A DNA stretch of 64,000 nucleotides from Saprospiraceae bacterium (GCA_032115775.1 JAUMBL010000029.1:1921-65920), one strand, 5' to 3'. Shown: positions 45,440-54,766, counted from the stretch's first letter. Program-made: numbers and translations. Notes: a model not told the origin generated them from the sequence alone.

Positions 45440-47815
45440 TTATTCCCTGTACCAGAAATTATTGCGAACCAGCCAACCCGGTTCCCGACGGTACACGCTG
45501 AGATCGGCGGGGCGTATCAGCGTCTCGTCGAGGAAAAATAGTTGGTCGGCATTTTGTTTTTGTAAAAAAATACGCACGTTAGAATCGGGTTCATAGACCT
45601 CAAAAGGTAGCTCGAACAAACCCCAGCCGTTTACGATGGTTTTCAGGTGGAAACGCAGCCCTTCGTGTTTAAAATGAATTTCCGTTCCGTCGGCCTGGCG
45701 GTTTTCAATAATTTTCATTTCCTGACCCATCCCCAAATCCTGGTTTACATAGATCCAGCAGGAGATGACAAATTGTCCCTTGGGTAGGCGCTTGTTCCAA
45801 ATCCAGGTGGTATCTTTCATGTTGCCCTGATAGGCGCCGGCGCCCTGAAAAATGCGCGCGGTTTTGGACAGTGAATCATAAGATTGGTAGATCAAATCCG
45901 GGGTATTTCTGGTGGACAACCAACCGGCGACTGGAACCAGTGCCTGCGAGTCTGCATCGGCTCGAATCTCGTCCAGATGCGCCCGAACATACGCCCGGAT
46001 GCTGTCCGGGCGCAACGACAGCACTTTTAAGTCCGGATGATCGTACACCATGCGGGCTTTTTCGGTCAGGTGACGGTATTTTTGACGTGCCTCTTCCCAT
46101 TTGGGGCCGTGCACCAGCAGGGCCAGGGGCCGTTCGTCGCGCAGCTCGTTCAGCATGGTGGGGAGTTCGCAAGGTTCGAGTACGAACTGTACCGATTCGG
46201 TAGTTTGACGTGCGGAGGTTCGGCTCATATTAACGCCCATGTCCGGCACGCCGGTGTGCAGCGCCGTGGTTTGGACTTGGATGAAATGCCCGAAATCAAA
46301 GTCCAGCCAGATGTTTTCGGAACCCATGTGGTAGTAGGGGAGGGGTAGCAGAGCCTGATAGGAGCCGAAATCCACCTTGTTCAACCAATGATCGGGCGTT
46401 GGAGCGGCCATTTCGCGCTTCGCCACATTCGGTACGCGGGCAATTTGTTTTTTGCTTTGCCATACAATCGCTTCATAGCCCAACAACCCGAGCGGCGCCG
46501 CGGCAATCACCCAGCGCAACCAAAGAAAACGCCCCCCGCGAATACCCTCAAAGCGCCGACTCCAGTTCCAAATAGCGTAAAAGGCAAGTATCGAGGATAC
46601 GTAATAAAAAATCCAGGTAAATCGCCCCAATCCGCGAAACTGCCGCAGCGGTCCCATATAATCCACCATCCATTCCATACCCGGTATTGCAAACGGGAAA
46701 CCGCAGGCAAACAGCAGCAAGATAAAGGCCGAAATATAAATTCCCCGCAAATAATACTGGTGCACGCGGTGGTAGGCCGCCTCTTTCCAGTCTTTTCCAA
46801 ACAGTTTAAATCCGGAAAAAATCAACCACAGGGTGAACAGCGTGACCACCATCCCAGCGTACGCAATGGCCTCCACGTTGATTCGCCGGATGTGAATGAT
46901 ATTTTGGTCTATCCATTGATACAGCGGGAAAGATTCATAAGGAAGAAAAACACCCTCCCAATACCCAATATACACGGTGAATCCATACGGATTGGCCGGC
47001 CGATCGGCCGCGAAATCTGTCCAGTGGATCCATACGCTCAAGGCCGCATAGGGCAGGAACACCATGATGAGCCAGTGGGCAAGTCGCCGGAAAATCGTCT
47101 TAAAGGAAAAATCCCGCAGGATCTGAATCCCGGTGTATAAGGTCAGAAACAAGGCGGCAATCCCAAAATAATAAAAATGCAATTGTGCCGAAAACCACAC
47201 GACTAGCCCAATCAGTACCGCCTGGTAACGGCGACTGTAGCGCTCTTCGTACAGGCAGAGCAGGTACAGGATCAGCGGAATCACAAACTGGTGCGACAAA
47301 CCGAAGTGCCCGTCTATCCGATTGTACTGGGGCGATAAAAATACCATCCCCAGAGCCGCCAGTCCGGCATACCAGACGGGTAGGTGCAGTTTGCGCAGCA
47401 ACAGAAATAATATGACGCAGGCAAAAAGCATGGATAACAGCAGGCTCACATTGAGGATTCCGACGGATTGATCCGCCAGATCGCCTACATGGCGGCTCCA
47501 CCACTGCATACCCGAACTGAAAATGGGCTGGTTGTCGGTAAACAGTACGTGCTCGCCGAACGGATAGTTCATCCCGCCGTAATGGGCGTAACTGGTATCG
47601 TGCCGCACATGCCAGGCGGTCGTCATGTAGTTTTTAAAACCGTCGGGACTGCCGCCCAGCAGGTAATCGTTGGGCGCGCGCAACCAGACGCCGTGCGCCA
47701 ACCACAACCCCAAGGCGCATAGTCCGGCAACGCCCAAGGCGCCCCAAAAGGTATGCGATCGCTTGACGGACTGCAAGTCGTGCACGGTATGTTCTATTTT
47801 TTGAAACTTACTCAC
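45440..47815 (-). CDS. Large polytopic membrane protein with a C-terminal extracytoplasmic domain (possible GT-C-like glycosyltransferase; function unknown)
   Basis: 791 aa. About 12 predicted TM helices in the first roughly 480 aa, then a soluble domain. The GTG start overlaps the GT2 gene end by 8 nt. No family recognised with confidence. Confidence 0.6.
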   Translation of the reverse strand: MSKFQKIEHTVHDLQSVKRSHTFWGALGVAGLCALGLWLAHGVWLRAPNDYLLGGSPDGFKNYMTTAWHVRHDTSYAHYGGMNYPFGEHVLFTDNQPIFSSGMQWWSRHVGDLADQSVGILNVSLLLSMLFACVILFLLLRKLHLPVWYAGLAALGMVFLSPQYNRIDGHFGLSHQFVIPLILYLLCLYEERYSRRYQAVLIGLVVWFSAQLHFYYFGIAALFLTLYTGIQILRDFSFKTIFRRLAHWLIMVFLPYAALSVWIHWTDFAADRPANPYGFTVYIGYWEGVFLPYESFPLYQWIDQNIIHIRRINVEAIAYAGMVVTLFTLWLIFSGFKLFGKDWKEAAYHRVHQYYLRGIYISAFILLLFACGFPFAIPGMEWMVDYMGPLRQFRGLGRFTWIFYYVSSILAFYAIWNWSRRFEGIRGGRFLWLRWVIAAAPLGLLGYEAIVWQSKKQIARVPNVAKREMAAPTPDHWLNKVDFGSYQALLPLPYYHMGSENIWLDFDFGHFIQVQTTALHTGVPDMGVNMSRTSARQTTESVQFVLEPCELPTMLNELRDERPLALLVHGPKWEEARQKYRHLTEKARMVYDHPDLKVLSLRPDSIRAYVRAHLDEIRADADSQALVPVAGWLSTRNTPDLIYQSYDSLSKTARIFQGAGAYQGNMKDTTWIWNKRLPKGQFVISCWIYVNQDLGMGQEMKIIENRQADGTEIHFKHEGLRFHLKTIVNGWGLFELPFEVYEPDSNVRIFLQKQNADQLFFLDETLIRPADLSVYRREPGWLVRNNFWYRE

Positions 47816-48551
47816 CGTTTGAAAGGCGTTTTTTGAACATATTTTGAATCAATAGCCGCAGGAAATTTTTTCCTTCCGCCGCCAGAATTTTCCCGCCTAC
47901 CTGACTAAAGACCACGCCGTCCCGGAGTTGAACCTGCACGGGCGTTACCTGGACGCGCCCGTTGGCCAGCATGAGAAATTCCAGATCGAACAGGAAGCGA
48001 TCAATCCGGGTTTCCAAAAAAATGGCTTTTCCTGCATTGTCGAACGCTTTCAGCCCGCACTGTGAGTCGTCTATCGGCTGCCGAAGCACATGCCGAAGCA
48101 TCCAGCGCAAAAAGCGCGACAGCCCCCTGCGGAAAGCGGGCACTTTTTGATAGTACGCAGTGTCCCGGTTGCCGGCTGCTATACCGCCGCGCTCCCGGAG
48201 CACGGCGGCAACACGCGCCATACTCTCCAACGTGTAGGGAAAATCAGTGTCTGTCACCAAATGCAGATCGGCTTTAGAGGCCGCAACGCCCTGGCGCAGG
48301 GCATACCCTTTTCCCCGATTCAAGGGGTAGCGCACGATTTGCGTACCTGGCGCCAGCGCGGTCAGGCGCGCGATGTTTTCGTCCGTTACATTGCGCGTAG
48401 ATCCGTCATTCACGACAATCAAGCCCAGCGCGCATACGGCGGGATCAAATTGCGATTGGAATGCCTGGAAACGCGCGGCGAGCAACTCCTCCCAGCCATT
48501 GGGCGGGTTGTAACAGGGGACGATCACGTTTAATCTTACGATGGAAGACAA
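47808..48551 (-). CDS. Family 2 glycosyltransferase (polyprenyl-phosphate sugar synthase-like)
   Basis: 247 aa. NVIVPCYNP...VNDGSTRN...NRGKGYALRQG...DTDFPY motifs. Apparent TTG start. Confidence 0.8.
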   Translation of the reverse strand: MSSIVRLNVIVPCYNPPNGWEELLAARFQAFQSQFDPAVCALGLIVVNDGSTRNVTDENIARLTALAPGTQIVRYPLNRGKGYALRQGVAASKADLHLVTDTDFPYTLESMARVAAVLRERGGIAAGNRDTAYYQKVPAFRRGLSRFLRWMLRHVLRQPIDDSQCGLKAFDNAGKAIFLETRIDRFLFDLEFLMLANGRVQVTPVQVQLRDGVVFSQVGGKILAAEGKNFLRLLIQNMFKKRLSNGE

Positions 48552-48769
48552 AATGGCGGCGATTAACAGGCCTTATGACAATAGATGGCAAATGTAAAAA
48601 AAGATCGGTCAGCGCGTGTTTAAAATTACAGGATCAATCGGCGGACAAAGGGATTTTTTTAGCCGGACTGCGAGCCAGCGAAGTAGGTACAAGTAAAAAC
48701 GGAAAAAATCACGTCAATAAATCGCTCCCAATCCGATATAATAGCCGCTCTTTCCAACAATATACGCAC

Positions 48770-51085
48770 TTAATTTTGGCGAACGGGCAGCATCCGGAAA
48801 CCCAGGGTGGCAAAACCGCCGGCGTCAACGTGCTCTATCCGGATTGTATGGGCGCCACCGAGTTGGACGACGATTTCGTCGGTAACCGCTTCGTGCGCAT
48901 CCCAGTGGTCAATCAGTTGCCGACCGTCGAGGTAGAGGCGGGCGCCGTCGTCGGAGCTCAGTTCGATGCGATAGACGCCGGGTTTTATCTCGAAGTTCGT
49001 ATTTGCAACGGTGAGAAAGCGATCGGCCTGAACGCGGGCTGTCGGCCGATCCCACCACGCGAAGTACAAATCCCGGGTGCGCAGGCTGTCGGCTACCGGG
49101 CCGTTTTCCAGGCGCTGCACGGCGTCGGCCTGGGTCAACGGGTCGGTCTGGTCGTCGTAATTATACCAGGCAACCTGCCAATCGAGTTTTTTGGTAAATT
49201 TTTCCAGTTCGAAATAATAAGGCTTTTCCGGGCCTGCCGTAATTTTTTCGCCGAAAACGGTCGTGATCGTATCCGTTCCGGTGTAGGCAAACTGGATATA
49301 AATGTCCTCTGCGCCGGGTTCCGTTTGCACGGAGATAAATTCTTCAGGCATAGTTCCTTGCGTGCGGTTCATTTTCCGGACGCCCTGCATCTTTTTTACC
49401 TGCCAATTGCCGGCGGGGCCTTGCAGGTCGAAGCTCAGGTAATTGGGGAGGTCTTGCGGCGGCCCTTCCACAGCGATCGGCCGCCGAAAATCGTAGGGCC
49501 CCCATTCGCCGATGTGGATATGGCGTCGGCCTTGAGGACGATCGGCGGGCGGTTGCGTATTGATGCCGCCGGGCAGGCTGTCGGGTTCATCCAGTTCGGC
49601 GGCGGGTATTTCGAGGGGCTTGAAGGGGTTTCCCGATTTTTTATCGGGAAAATTGGTGTTGAGCGTACGCGATTTTTTGAGTTCCGAGTGCGCGTAAAAG
49701 CGTTCGATATCGGCTGCCGGCGCGTACACCTCGTTTCGGAGAAAGGTGAGGTTCACGTTTGGAAGGGGTGTTTCGAGGAGGTTGGGACATTCGGCGAACA
49801 GATTTTCGCCGTTTACGGCCACATTGCTGGATAGGCTGATGTTGAGCGGGGTTCTTGTTTGGAAAAAGACATTTCGGTCAATCACCGTTCCGTTGCTCCG
49901 CACGTCTCTTTTTTGGGAATAAACCCAGTCGGCGGGTTGTTTTTCCCTGGCCCACAGCCGCACGCCCACGGAATCGCCGCGCAGGAAATTTTGCAGGACG
50001 GTGTCGCGCTGGCCGTGTTCGATCGCAATCGCGGTTTCACAATTTTGGATCCTATTTCCCGAGATTCGGGTATCGTAGGCATAGCCGGCCCAGATGCCGT
50101 AAGTACATTCCCGGATAAGGTTGCCGGTGATCTGGTTGCGGGAGAAGGTAGCTTCGATACCGTTGGTCGGGGCGTAGCTAAAATCGTTGCCGTGAATTCG
50201 GTTGTCGTTGCAGCCGCCCTCGCCGCTGTCCATGGTCTGCTGGCCGGCCCAGAGGAAGAGGCCGTCTCCGGAATGCGTGCAAGCGTTGAATGCAATCGTA
50301 TTCTCGTTGCTTTGTTCGTACACGAGCAGGGCTGCGGAGTCTTGTCCGCGTTTATAAAAACCATTGGAGTATCCGCGCACGTTCCAGTCGAGCCGGTTGT
50401 GCATTACTTTATTGCGACTGGAGCGATAAAGTCCGATGCCGACGCCCGAGTTAAACTGGAAGGTATTATTGAACACGGTGCCTTCGTTGCAGCCGCGCAT
50501 CAGCAGCGCATTTTGATTGCCGGTGGCGCGGCAATTGCGCACGACCACGGCCTGGCAGTTTTTGAGGTACATACCGGCGCCGTAGCGCAGCCATTCATCC
50601 TGGTCGTTGTTGTGGTAGCTGAGCCAGTCGGAAAAATCTTCTCTTTCACGCGTCGAGCGGAGTTTCGGGCGGTAATTGTAGGAAAAATCGCAGCCGTCGA
50701 GGGTCAATCCGTCGGCTTCTTCCGCTAGCAGCGCCAGTTTGAAGCCTTGCGCGCGCGCGTTGCGCAGGGTCACGTTTTTCCCTTTGATTCGGATTGCCAG
50801 ACCGGTAAACAAGTCCGGTCTCGTGCTGTCCGCCTTGCTGCGTACGAGCGCGCCCTGAAAATCCACTTCGATGCCGTCGCCGTCGATGGTGATCAGCGCC
50901 TGTATGGCATCTGTCGTTACCGGCGGCAGGAGACGCTGCGCGCTATCGGCCGCCATTCGGTAAGTCCCGGGTTTAATCTTGACACTTTTTCGAATGACGA
51001 GCCCCGGACTGAGGGCAATTTGTTGGCCTTGCAGCGCCAATCCGCAGGAAATGAACAGCAGGAAAGCGTAAATTCGTTGTTTCAT
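48770..51085 (-). CDS. Secreted right-handed parallel beta-helix repeat protein with a C-terminal PA14-like domain
   Basis: The ATG at 51085 gives a signal peptide MKQRIYAFLLFISCGLALQGQ. Repeated N/G-rich beta-helix turns (NCRATGNQNALLMRGCNEGTVFNNTF...). The C-terminus DDGARLYLDGRQLIDHWD is PA14-like. A TAtcTTTG box (minus strand, 51090-51097) lies directly upstream. Confidence 0.7.
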   Translation of the reverse strand: MKQRIYAFLLFISCGLALQGQQIALSPGLVIRKSVKIKPGTYRMAADSAQRLLPPVTTDAIQALITIDGDGIEVDFQGALVRSKADSTRPDLFTGLAIRIKGKNVTLRNARAQGFKLALLAEEADGLTLDGCDFSYNYRPKLRSTREREDFSDWLSYHNNDQDEWLRYGAGMYLKNCQAVVVRNCRATGNQNALLMRGCNEGTVFNNTFQFNSGVGIGLYRSSRNKVMHNRLDWNVRGYSNGFYKRGQDSAALLVYEQSNENTIAFNACTHSGDGLFLWAGQQTMDSGEGGCNDNRIHGNDFSYAPTNGIEATFSRNQITGNLIRECTYGIWAGYAYDTRISGNRIQNCETAIAIEHGQRDTVLQNFLRGDSVGVRLWAREKQPADWVYSQKRDVRSNGTVIDRNVFFQTRTPLNISLSSNVAVNGENLFAECPNLLETPLPNVNLTFLRNEVYAPAADIERFYAHSELKKSRTLNTNFPDKKSGNPFKPLEIPAAELDEPDSLPGGINTQPPADRPQGRRHIHIGEWGPYDFRRPIAVEGPPQDLPNYLSFDLQGPAGNWQVKKMQGVRKMNRTQGTMPEEFISVQTEPGAEDIYIQFAYTGTDTITTVFGEKITAGPEKPYYFELEKFTKKLDWQVAWYNYDDQTDPLTQADAVQRLENGPVADSLRTRDLYFAWWDRPTARVQADRFLTVANTNFEIKPGVYRIELSSDDGARLYLDGRQLIDHWDAHEAVTDEIVVQLGGAHTIRIEHVDAGGFATLGFRMLPVRQN

Positions 51086-51159
51086 GCGGCAAAGATAAAG
51101 ATAAGTAGTTATGCAAAAGAAATTGCGGATTATGGAATGCGGAAGCCGCAATCGCCCCC

Positions 51160-51738
51160 TCACCCAAACAAGCTTGCCTCCACCCGCTGGCACAAAATAT
51201 GGCCGATCAGAATATGCGCTTCCTGGATACGCGGCGTATCCTTTGAGGGGACGTTCAGTAAGATCTGGCATAAATCGGCCATTTTTCCGCCGGTTTCCCC
51301 GGTCATACCCACGATCAGCATCCCTTGCATTTTGGCTTTTTCGATGGCTTTGAGGATATTGGGCGAATTGCCGGAGGTGCTGATGGCCACGAGCACGTCG
51401 CCGGCTCGGCCGGCCGCTTCGACCATGCGGGCGTACACATCGTCGTAGCCGTAATCGTTGGCGACGGCCGTGACGTAGGAGCTATTTACGTGGAGCGCTT
51501 CGGCATAGAGCGGCGGCCGGTCTGTGTAAAAGCGACCGGATAATTCGGCGGCGAGATGCTGCGCGTCTGCTGCGCTGCCGCCGTTGCCGCAAAAAAGGAC
51601 TTTGCCGCCGTTGCGGAAAGTGTCTGCCCAGATCGTGGCCACCGCTTCGATGCGCTCGAGGAAGCGGTCGTCTTGCAGGAGCGCCTGTTTTACGGCGATG
51701 CTGCTTTCGATGGATTTTTTAATATCAGGATGGATCAT
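51160..51738 (-). CDS. gmhA: SIS-domain D-sedoheptulose-7-phosphate isomerase
   Basis: The ATG at 51738 gives MIHPDIKKSIE... Contains the FCGNGGSAADAQHLAAEL motif. The track start at 51819 adds 27 atypical residues. Confidence 0.75.
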   Translation of the reverse strand: MIHPDIKKSIESSIAVKQALLQDDRFLERIEAVATIWADTFRNGGKVLFCGNGGSAADAQHLAAELSGRFYTDRPPLYAEALHVNSSYVTAVANDYGYDDVYARMVEAAGRAGDVLVAISTSGNSPNILKAIEKAKMQGMLIVGMTGETGGKMADLCQILLNVPSKDTPRIQEAHILIGHILCQRVEASLFG

Positions 51739-51823
51739 GTGTTGCGGAGTTTGAACAATAAGCGGGCGGGTGTGTAAAAAGTCCTTTGTCTCTTTTTTAG
51801 TAAAATAATATTTTCTCACTATT

Positions 51824-51852
51824 CTATTTCGCCGCCGAAGGCGGCGAAATAG
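51824..51852. repeat. Conserved GC-rich stem-loop CTATTTCGCCGCC-GAA-GGCGGCGAAATAG (copy 2)
   Basis: 13-bp perfect stem with a 3-nt loop, downstream of the MBL gene stop. It shares the 12-bp stem sequence with 30258-30284. Confidence 0.6.
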
Positions 51853-51892
51853 TCGGTCGGGTTATACAGGGCTTTAAAACAGTTTCTCCGCA

Positions 51893-52663
51893 TCAGGCAT
51901 TGCGGATTTCGATCACGGTTCCATCGCGGCCGAGTTCGACATGGGGCGGGAGCATTTTTTCCACATCCCGGGCAAGTCCGAGGTGGTGGCTAATGTGGGT
52001 GATCCAGGCTTTTTCCGGTTTGATCTGGTCAATCAGATCGAGGCACTCCTCGAGGGAGAGGTGGGTTGGGTGCATTTTATGCTGCAGGGCATTGAGGATG
52101 AGGTAGCGGACGCCGGCGATTTTCGCCATCTGGTCGGGTTCGATCCTTTTTACATCGGTGAGATAGGCGATCGGCCCGAACCGAAACCCGAGAATCGGCA
52201 GGCGGCCGTGCAGGATGCCAATGGGGGTCACCTGCACACCGGCGAGATGGAAGGGCGTATTCGCATCGAGGGGGTGCAATTCGATGCGCGGCAGTCCGGG
52301 AATCGGCTCGCCGAATACATACGCGAAGCGGAGGCGCACATCATCTGCCACCCGGGGCAGGGCGTACACCGACAGCGGGTGGCCGCTGCGGAAATTGAAC
52401 GGCCGGATATCGTCCAGGCCGATGACGTGGTCGTTGTGTTCGTGCGTGAGCAGGATGGCATCCAGATGTTTGACGCCGGCGCGCAGCATTTGCTGGCGCA
52501 GATCGGGGCCGGCGTCAATGAGGATATTCGTTGGGCCGACAGACAGCAGGGCCGCACTGCGCAGGCGCTTATCCCGTGGATCCTCGGAGGTACACACCGG
52601 GCAGTCGCAACCGATAACGGGTACGCCTTGAGAAGTGCCGGTGCCGAGGAGTGTGAGCGTCAA
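51893..52663 (-). CDS. MBL-fold metallo-hydrolase (PhnP-like)
   Basis: 256 aa. LLGTGTSQGVPVIGCDCPVC N-terminus and THEHNDH zinc motif. Apparent TTG start. Confidence 0.75.
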   Translation of the reverse strand: MTLTLLGTGTSQGVPVIGCDCPVCTSEDPRDKRLRSAALLSVGPTNILIDAGPDLRQQMLRAGVKHLDAILLTHEHNDHVIGLDDIRPFNFRSGHPLSVYALPRVADDVRLRFAYVFGEPIPGLPRIELHPLDANTPFHLAGVQVTPIGILHGRLPILGFRFGPIAYLTDVKRIEPDQMAKIAGVRYLILNALQHKMHPTHLSLEECLDLIDQIKPEKAWITHISHHLGLARDVEKMLPPHVELGRDGTVIEIRNA

Positions 52664-52711
52664 AGGTAGTCTAATAAAAGAATGAGCGCGCGGTGGAGCG
52701 CAGAGAAGCGG

Positions 52712-53005
52712 TCAGGCGGTTGGCGCGTTGGATTGTTCGGTTTCCGCTTGGCGTTTTTTCCATTTGGCAATCAAATCAAGGGAGGCCGGGCTTAAGGTAT
52801 CCGGATCGAGATGCAGGCCGCCGAGGATTTCCAGCAGGCAATTGATGCGCGCTTCCGTGTCAAAAAATTTATTGACGACCACGATTTTCCGTTCTTCCAC
52901 CTTGCAATAACCGCTCTGGAAGTTGCCTTTTTCGTATCGGACGGCGTACGACAGTTCCTGAAACAGTTCTTCGAGTTTTTTTAAAGTGGTCTGATTGTAG
53001 CGCAT
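52712..53005 (-). CDS. Hypothetical protein (97 aa)
   Basis: Clean ATG-started ORF with ordinary amino-acid composition and no overlap. No family recognised. Confidence 0.5.
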   Translation of the reverse strand: MRYNQTTLKKLEELFQELSYAVRYEKGNFQSGYCKVEERKIVVVNKFFDTEARINCLLEILGGLHLDPDTLSPASLDLIAKWKKRQAETEQSNAPTA

Positions 53006-53061
53006 AATCTTTTTAGAAAAGCAACTTTTGGCAGTTGGCGGATGTTATCGAACAAGCGCAG

Positions 53062-53069
53062 TATCTTTG
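53062..53069 (+). promoter_or_regulatory. -7 box TAtcTTTG (followed by CAA) upstream of the 53106 gene
   Basis: Exact TAnnTTTG match, 37 nt upstream of the ATG at 53106. Confidence 0.45.
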
Positions 53070-53105
53070 CAACTGCGCGTGCAAAAGTATCCAAAATTTT
53101 CCACT

Positions 53106-53759
53106 ATGTTTTATAGAATTACGCTTCCGGTTTCTTTACTTGCCTTGGTTTTTACCCTGGTTCAACCGGTGCAGGCACAGCGCGAGCAGCGCTTCCGGGC
53201 GGGAATCATCGCGGGTCTGACGGCCTCTCAAATTGACGGGGACGAATCCTACGGCTACAATAAGCTCGGATTGCAGGCCGGCGTGCGGGCGGCGGCCATC
53301 TTGAACAAGCGGGCAGAAAGCAGTATTGAGCTGTTGTTCGCGCAGCGCGGCGCGCGCAATGAGTTGATTCCGAACAATATCAACCCGAATAATTTTTCGC
53401 TTACGCTCAATTATGTGGAGGTGCCGCTTCAATTCCACTACAAGGACTGGTTTGTGGATGACGACGAGGACGGTTTTTACCGGGTGGTGGTGAACGGCGG
53501 TTTATCGTACGGCCGCTTGATCAATTTCCGGGTGAGCGACGATCTGAGTTTTATCGAGGTGGTAGCGCCGTATGTCAATAAAAACGATTTTAATTATTTA
53601 TTGGGCGCAACGATTTATGCCAATCGCCACCTGGGCTTTACCATTCGCGCATCGCGCGGCATCGGATTTATTTATAATCCCACAAAATGGGATACACCGC
53701 CCTCGGCCAGGAAATGGTACAGCCACGCCTTGTACTTTCAGGCGGTTTATATGTTGTAA
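53106..53759 (+). CDS. Outer-membrane beta-barrel (porin-family / OmpA-like barrel) protein
   Basis: The ATG at 53106 gives a signal peptide MFYRITLPVSLLALVFTLVQPVQAQ. Alternating beta-strand pattern with a terminal aromatic-rich strand (ALYFQAVYML). Confidence 0.65.
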   Translation: MFYRITLPVSLLALVFTLVQPVQAQREQRFRAGIIAGLTASQIDGDESYGYNKLGLQAGVRAAAILNKRAESSIELLFAQRGARNELIPNNINPNNFSLTLNYVEVPLQFHYKDWFVDDDEDGFYRVVVNGGLSYGRLINFRVSDDLSFIEVVAPYVNKNDFNYLLGATIYANRHLGFTIRASRGIGFIYNPTKWDTPPSARKWYSHALYFQAVYML

Positions 53760-53783
53760 TTGGCTCCCACACCTTATTGTCAT

Positions 53784-54701
53784 ATGCGAAAAGCCGTTTT
53801 GGATATGGGTACAAACACCTTTCACCTCATGGTGGTGGAATGGGACGCGGTCGGCGCTTGGCGGCCGCTGCATCGAAATCGGGTGTTTGTCAAATTAGCG
53901 GAATCGGGACTGTACCACATCGGCGAGGCAGCGTTCGAGCGGGGCTTACAGGCAATGAATGCCTTTCGCGCCGATCTTGACACCTTTGCGCTGGATGCAG
54001 CAGATGTAGCGGCATTCGGCACTGCCGCGTTGCGCAGTGCGGCCAATGCGCCGGAATTTATAGCAAGGGTGTACGATCAGACCGGCATTCGCGTCCAGGT
54101 CATCTCGGGCGAGGAAGAGGCGCGCCTGATCTACCTCGGTGTCCGGCAGGCGACGCCCTGGCCGGCGCACGCGCGCGTTTTGATCATGGATATCGGCGGC
54201 GGCAGTGTGGAGTTTATTTTGGCCGATCGGCAGGCGATATTCTGGAAACGGAGTTTTAACGTCGGCGTGGCGGTATTGTACCGGTTATTCCACCGCAACG
54301 ATCCAATTTCGTCGGCTGAAATAGCGGATATGGAACATTTTCTGGAAACGGAGCTGGCGCCGCTTTGGGAGGTATTGCAGACGCAGCCCGCGGAAAGTCT
54401 GGTCGGCGCGGCCGGGGCTTTTGATACGATTGATTTGTTTGCGCTCGATCCGGCGACCAAACCGCTGCTGTACGGGTATCTGCCCGCGCCGGATTTCGAA
54501 CCGGTGTACCGCTTGTTTATTCAATCCACCCGCTTCGAACGGCTGGCTATGCCGCTGCTGATGCCGGAGCGCCAGGAGATGATCGTGGCGGCGGTCGTAC
54601 TAATTCGATACGTGCTGCAACGCGCGGGCATACGCGAAATATACACTTCTACCTATTCTATGAAAGAAGGCATGGTAGCCGATGTGCCGCTTGGCGGCTG
54701 A
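53784..54701 (+). CDS. Ppx/GppA-family phosphatase (exopolyphosphatase-like)
   Basis: The ATG at 53784 gives MRKAVLDMGTNTFHLMV (ASKHA phosphate-1 motif). Also contains MDIGGGSVEF. The track start at 53760 is a TTG. Confidence 0.8.
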   Translation: MRKAVLDMGTNTFHLMVVEWDAVGAWRPLHRNRVFVKLAESGLYHIGEAAFERGLQAMNAFRADLDTFALDAADVAAFGTAALRSAANAPEFIARVYDQTGIRVQVISGEEEARLIYLGVRQATPWPAHARVLIMDIGGGSVEFILADRQAIFWKRSFNVGVAVLYRLFHRNDPISSAEIADMEHFLETELAPLWEVLQTQPAESLVGAAGAFDTIDLFALDPATKPLLYGYLPAPDFEPVYRLFIQSTRFERLAMPLLMPERQEMIVAAVVLIRYVLQRAGIREIYTSTYSMKEGMVADVPLGG

Positions 54702-54724
54702 TCCGGTGTCAAACACTTAAGAAG

Positions 54725-54761
54725 CGTCTAAAAACCCCGGCTTACCCAGCGTTTTTAGACG
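54725..54761. terminator. Bidirectional terminator hairpin between the convergent ppx-like and sdhB genes
   Basis: CGTCTAAAAAC (54725-54735) pairs with GTTTTTAGACG (54751-54761). 11-bp stem with A/T runs on both sides of the stem. Confidence 0.6.
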
Positions 54762-54766
54762 AGCAT

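Noticed and set aside
48461-50728. 457-aa and 289-aa + strand ORFs (48461-49834, 49859-50728)
   Set aside because: Antisense shadows of the beta-helix/PA14 gene, with G/R/A/V-rich translations and no signal or domain pattern.
51086-51271. 62-codon extension of the beta-helix ORF overlapping the 3' end of gmhA
   Set aside because: The internal ATG at 51085 gives a clean signal peptide and is preceded by a TAtcTTTG box. The extension would overlap gmhA by 112 nt.
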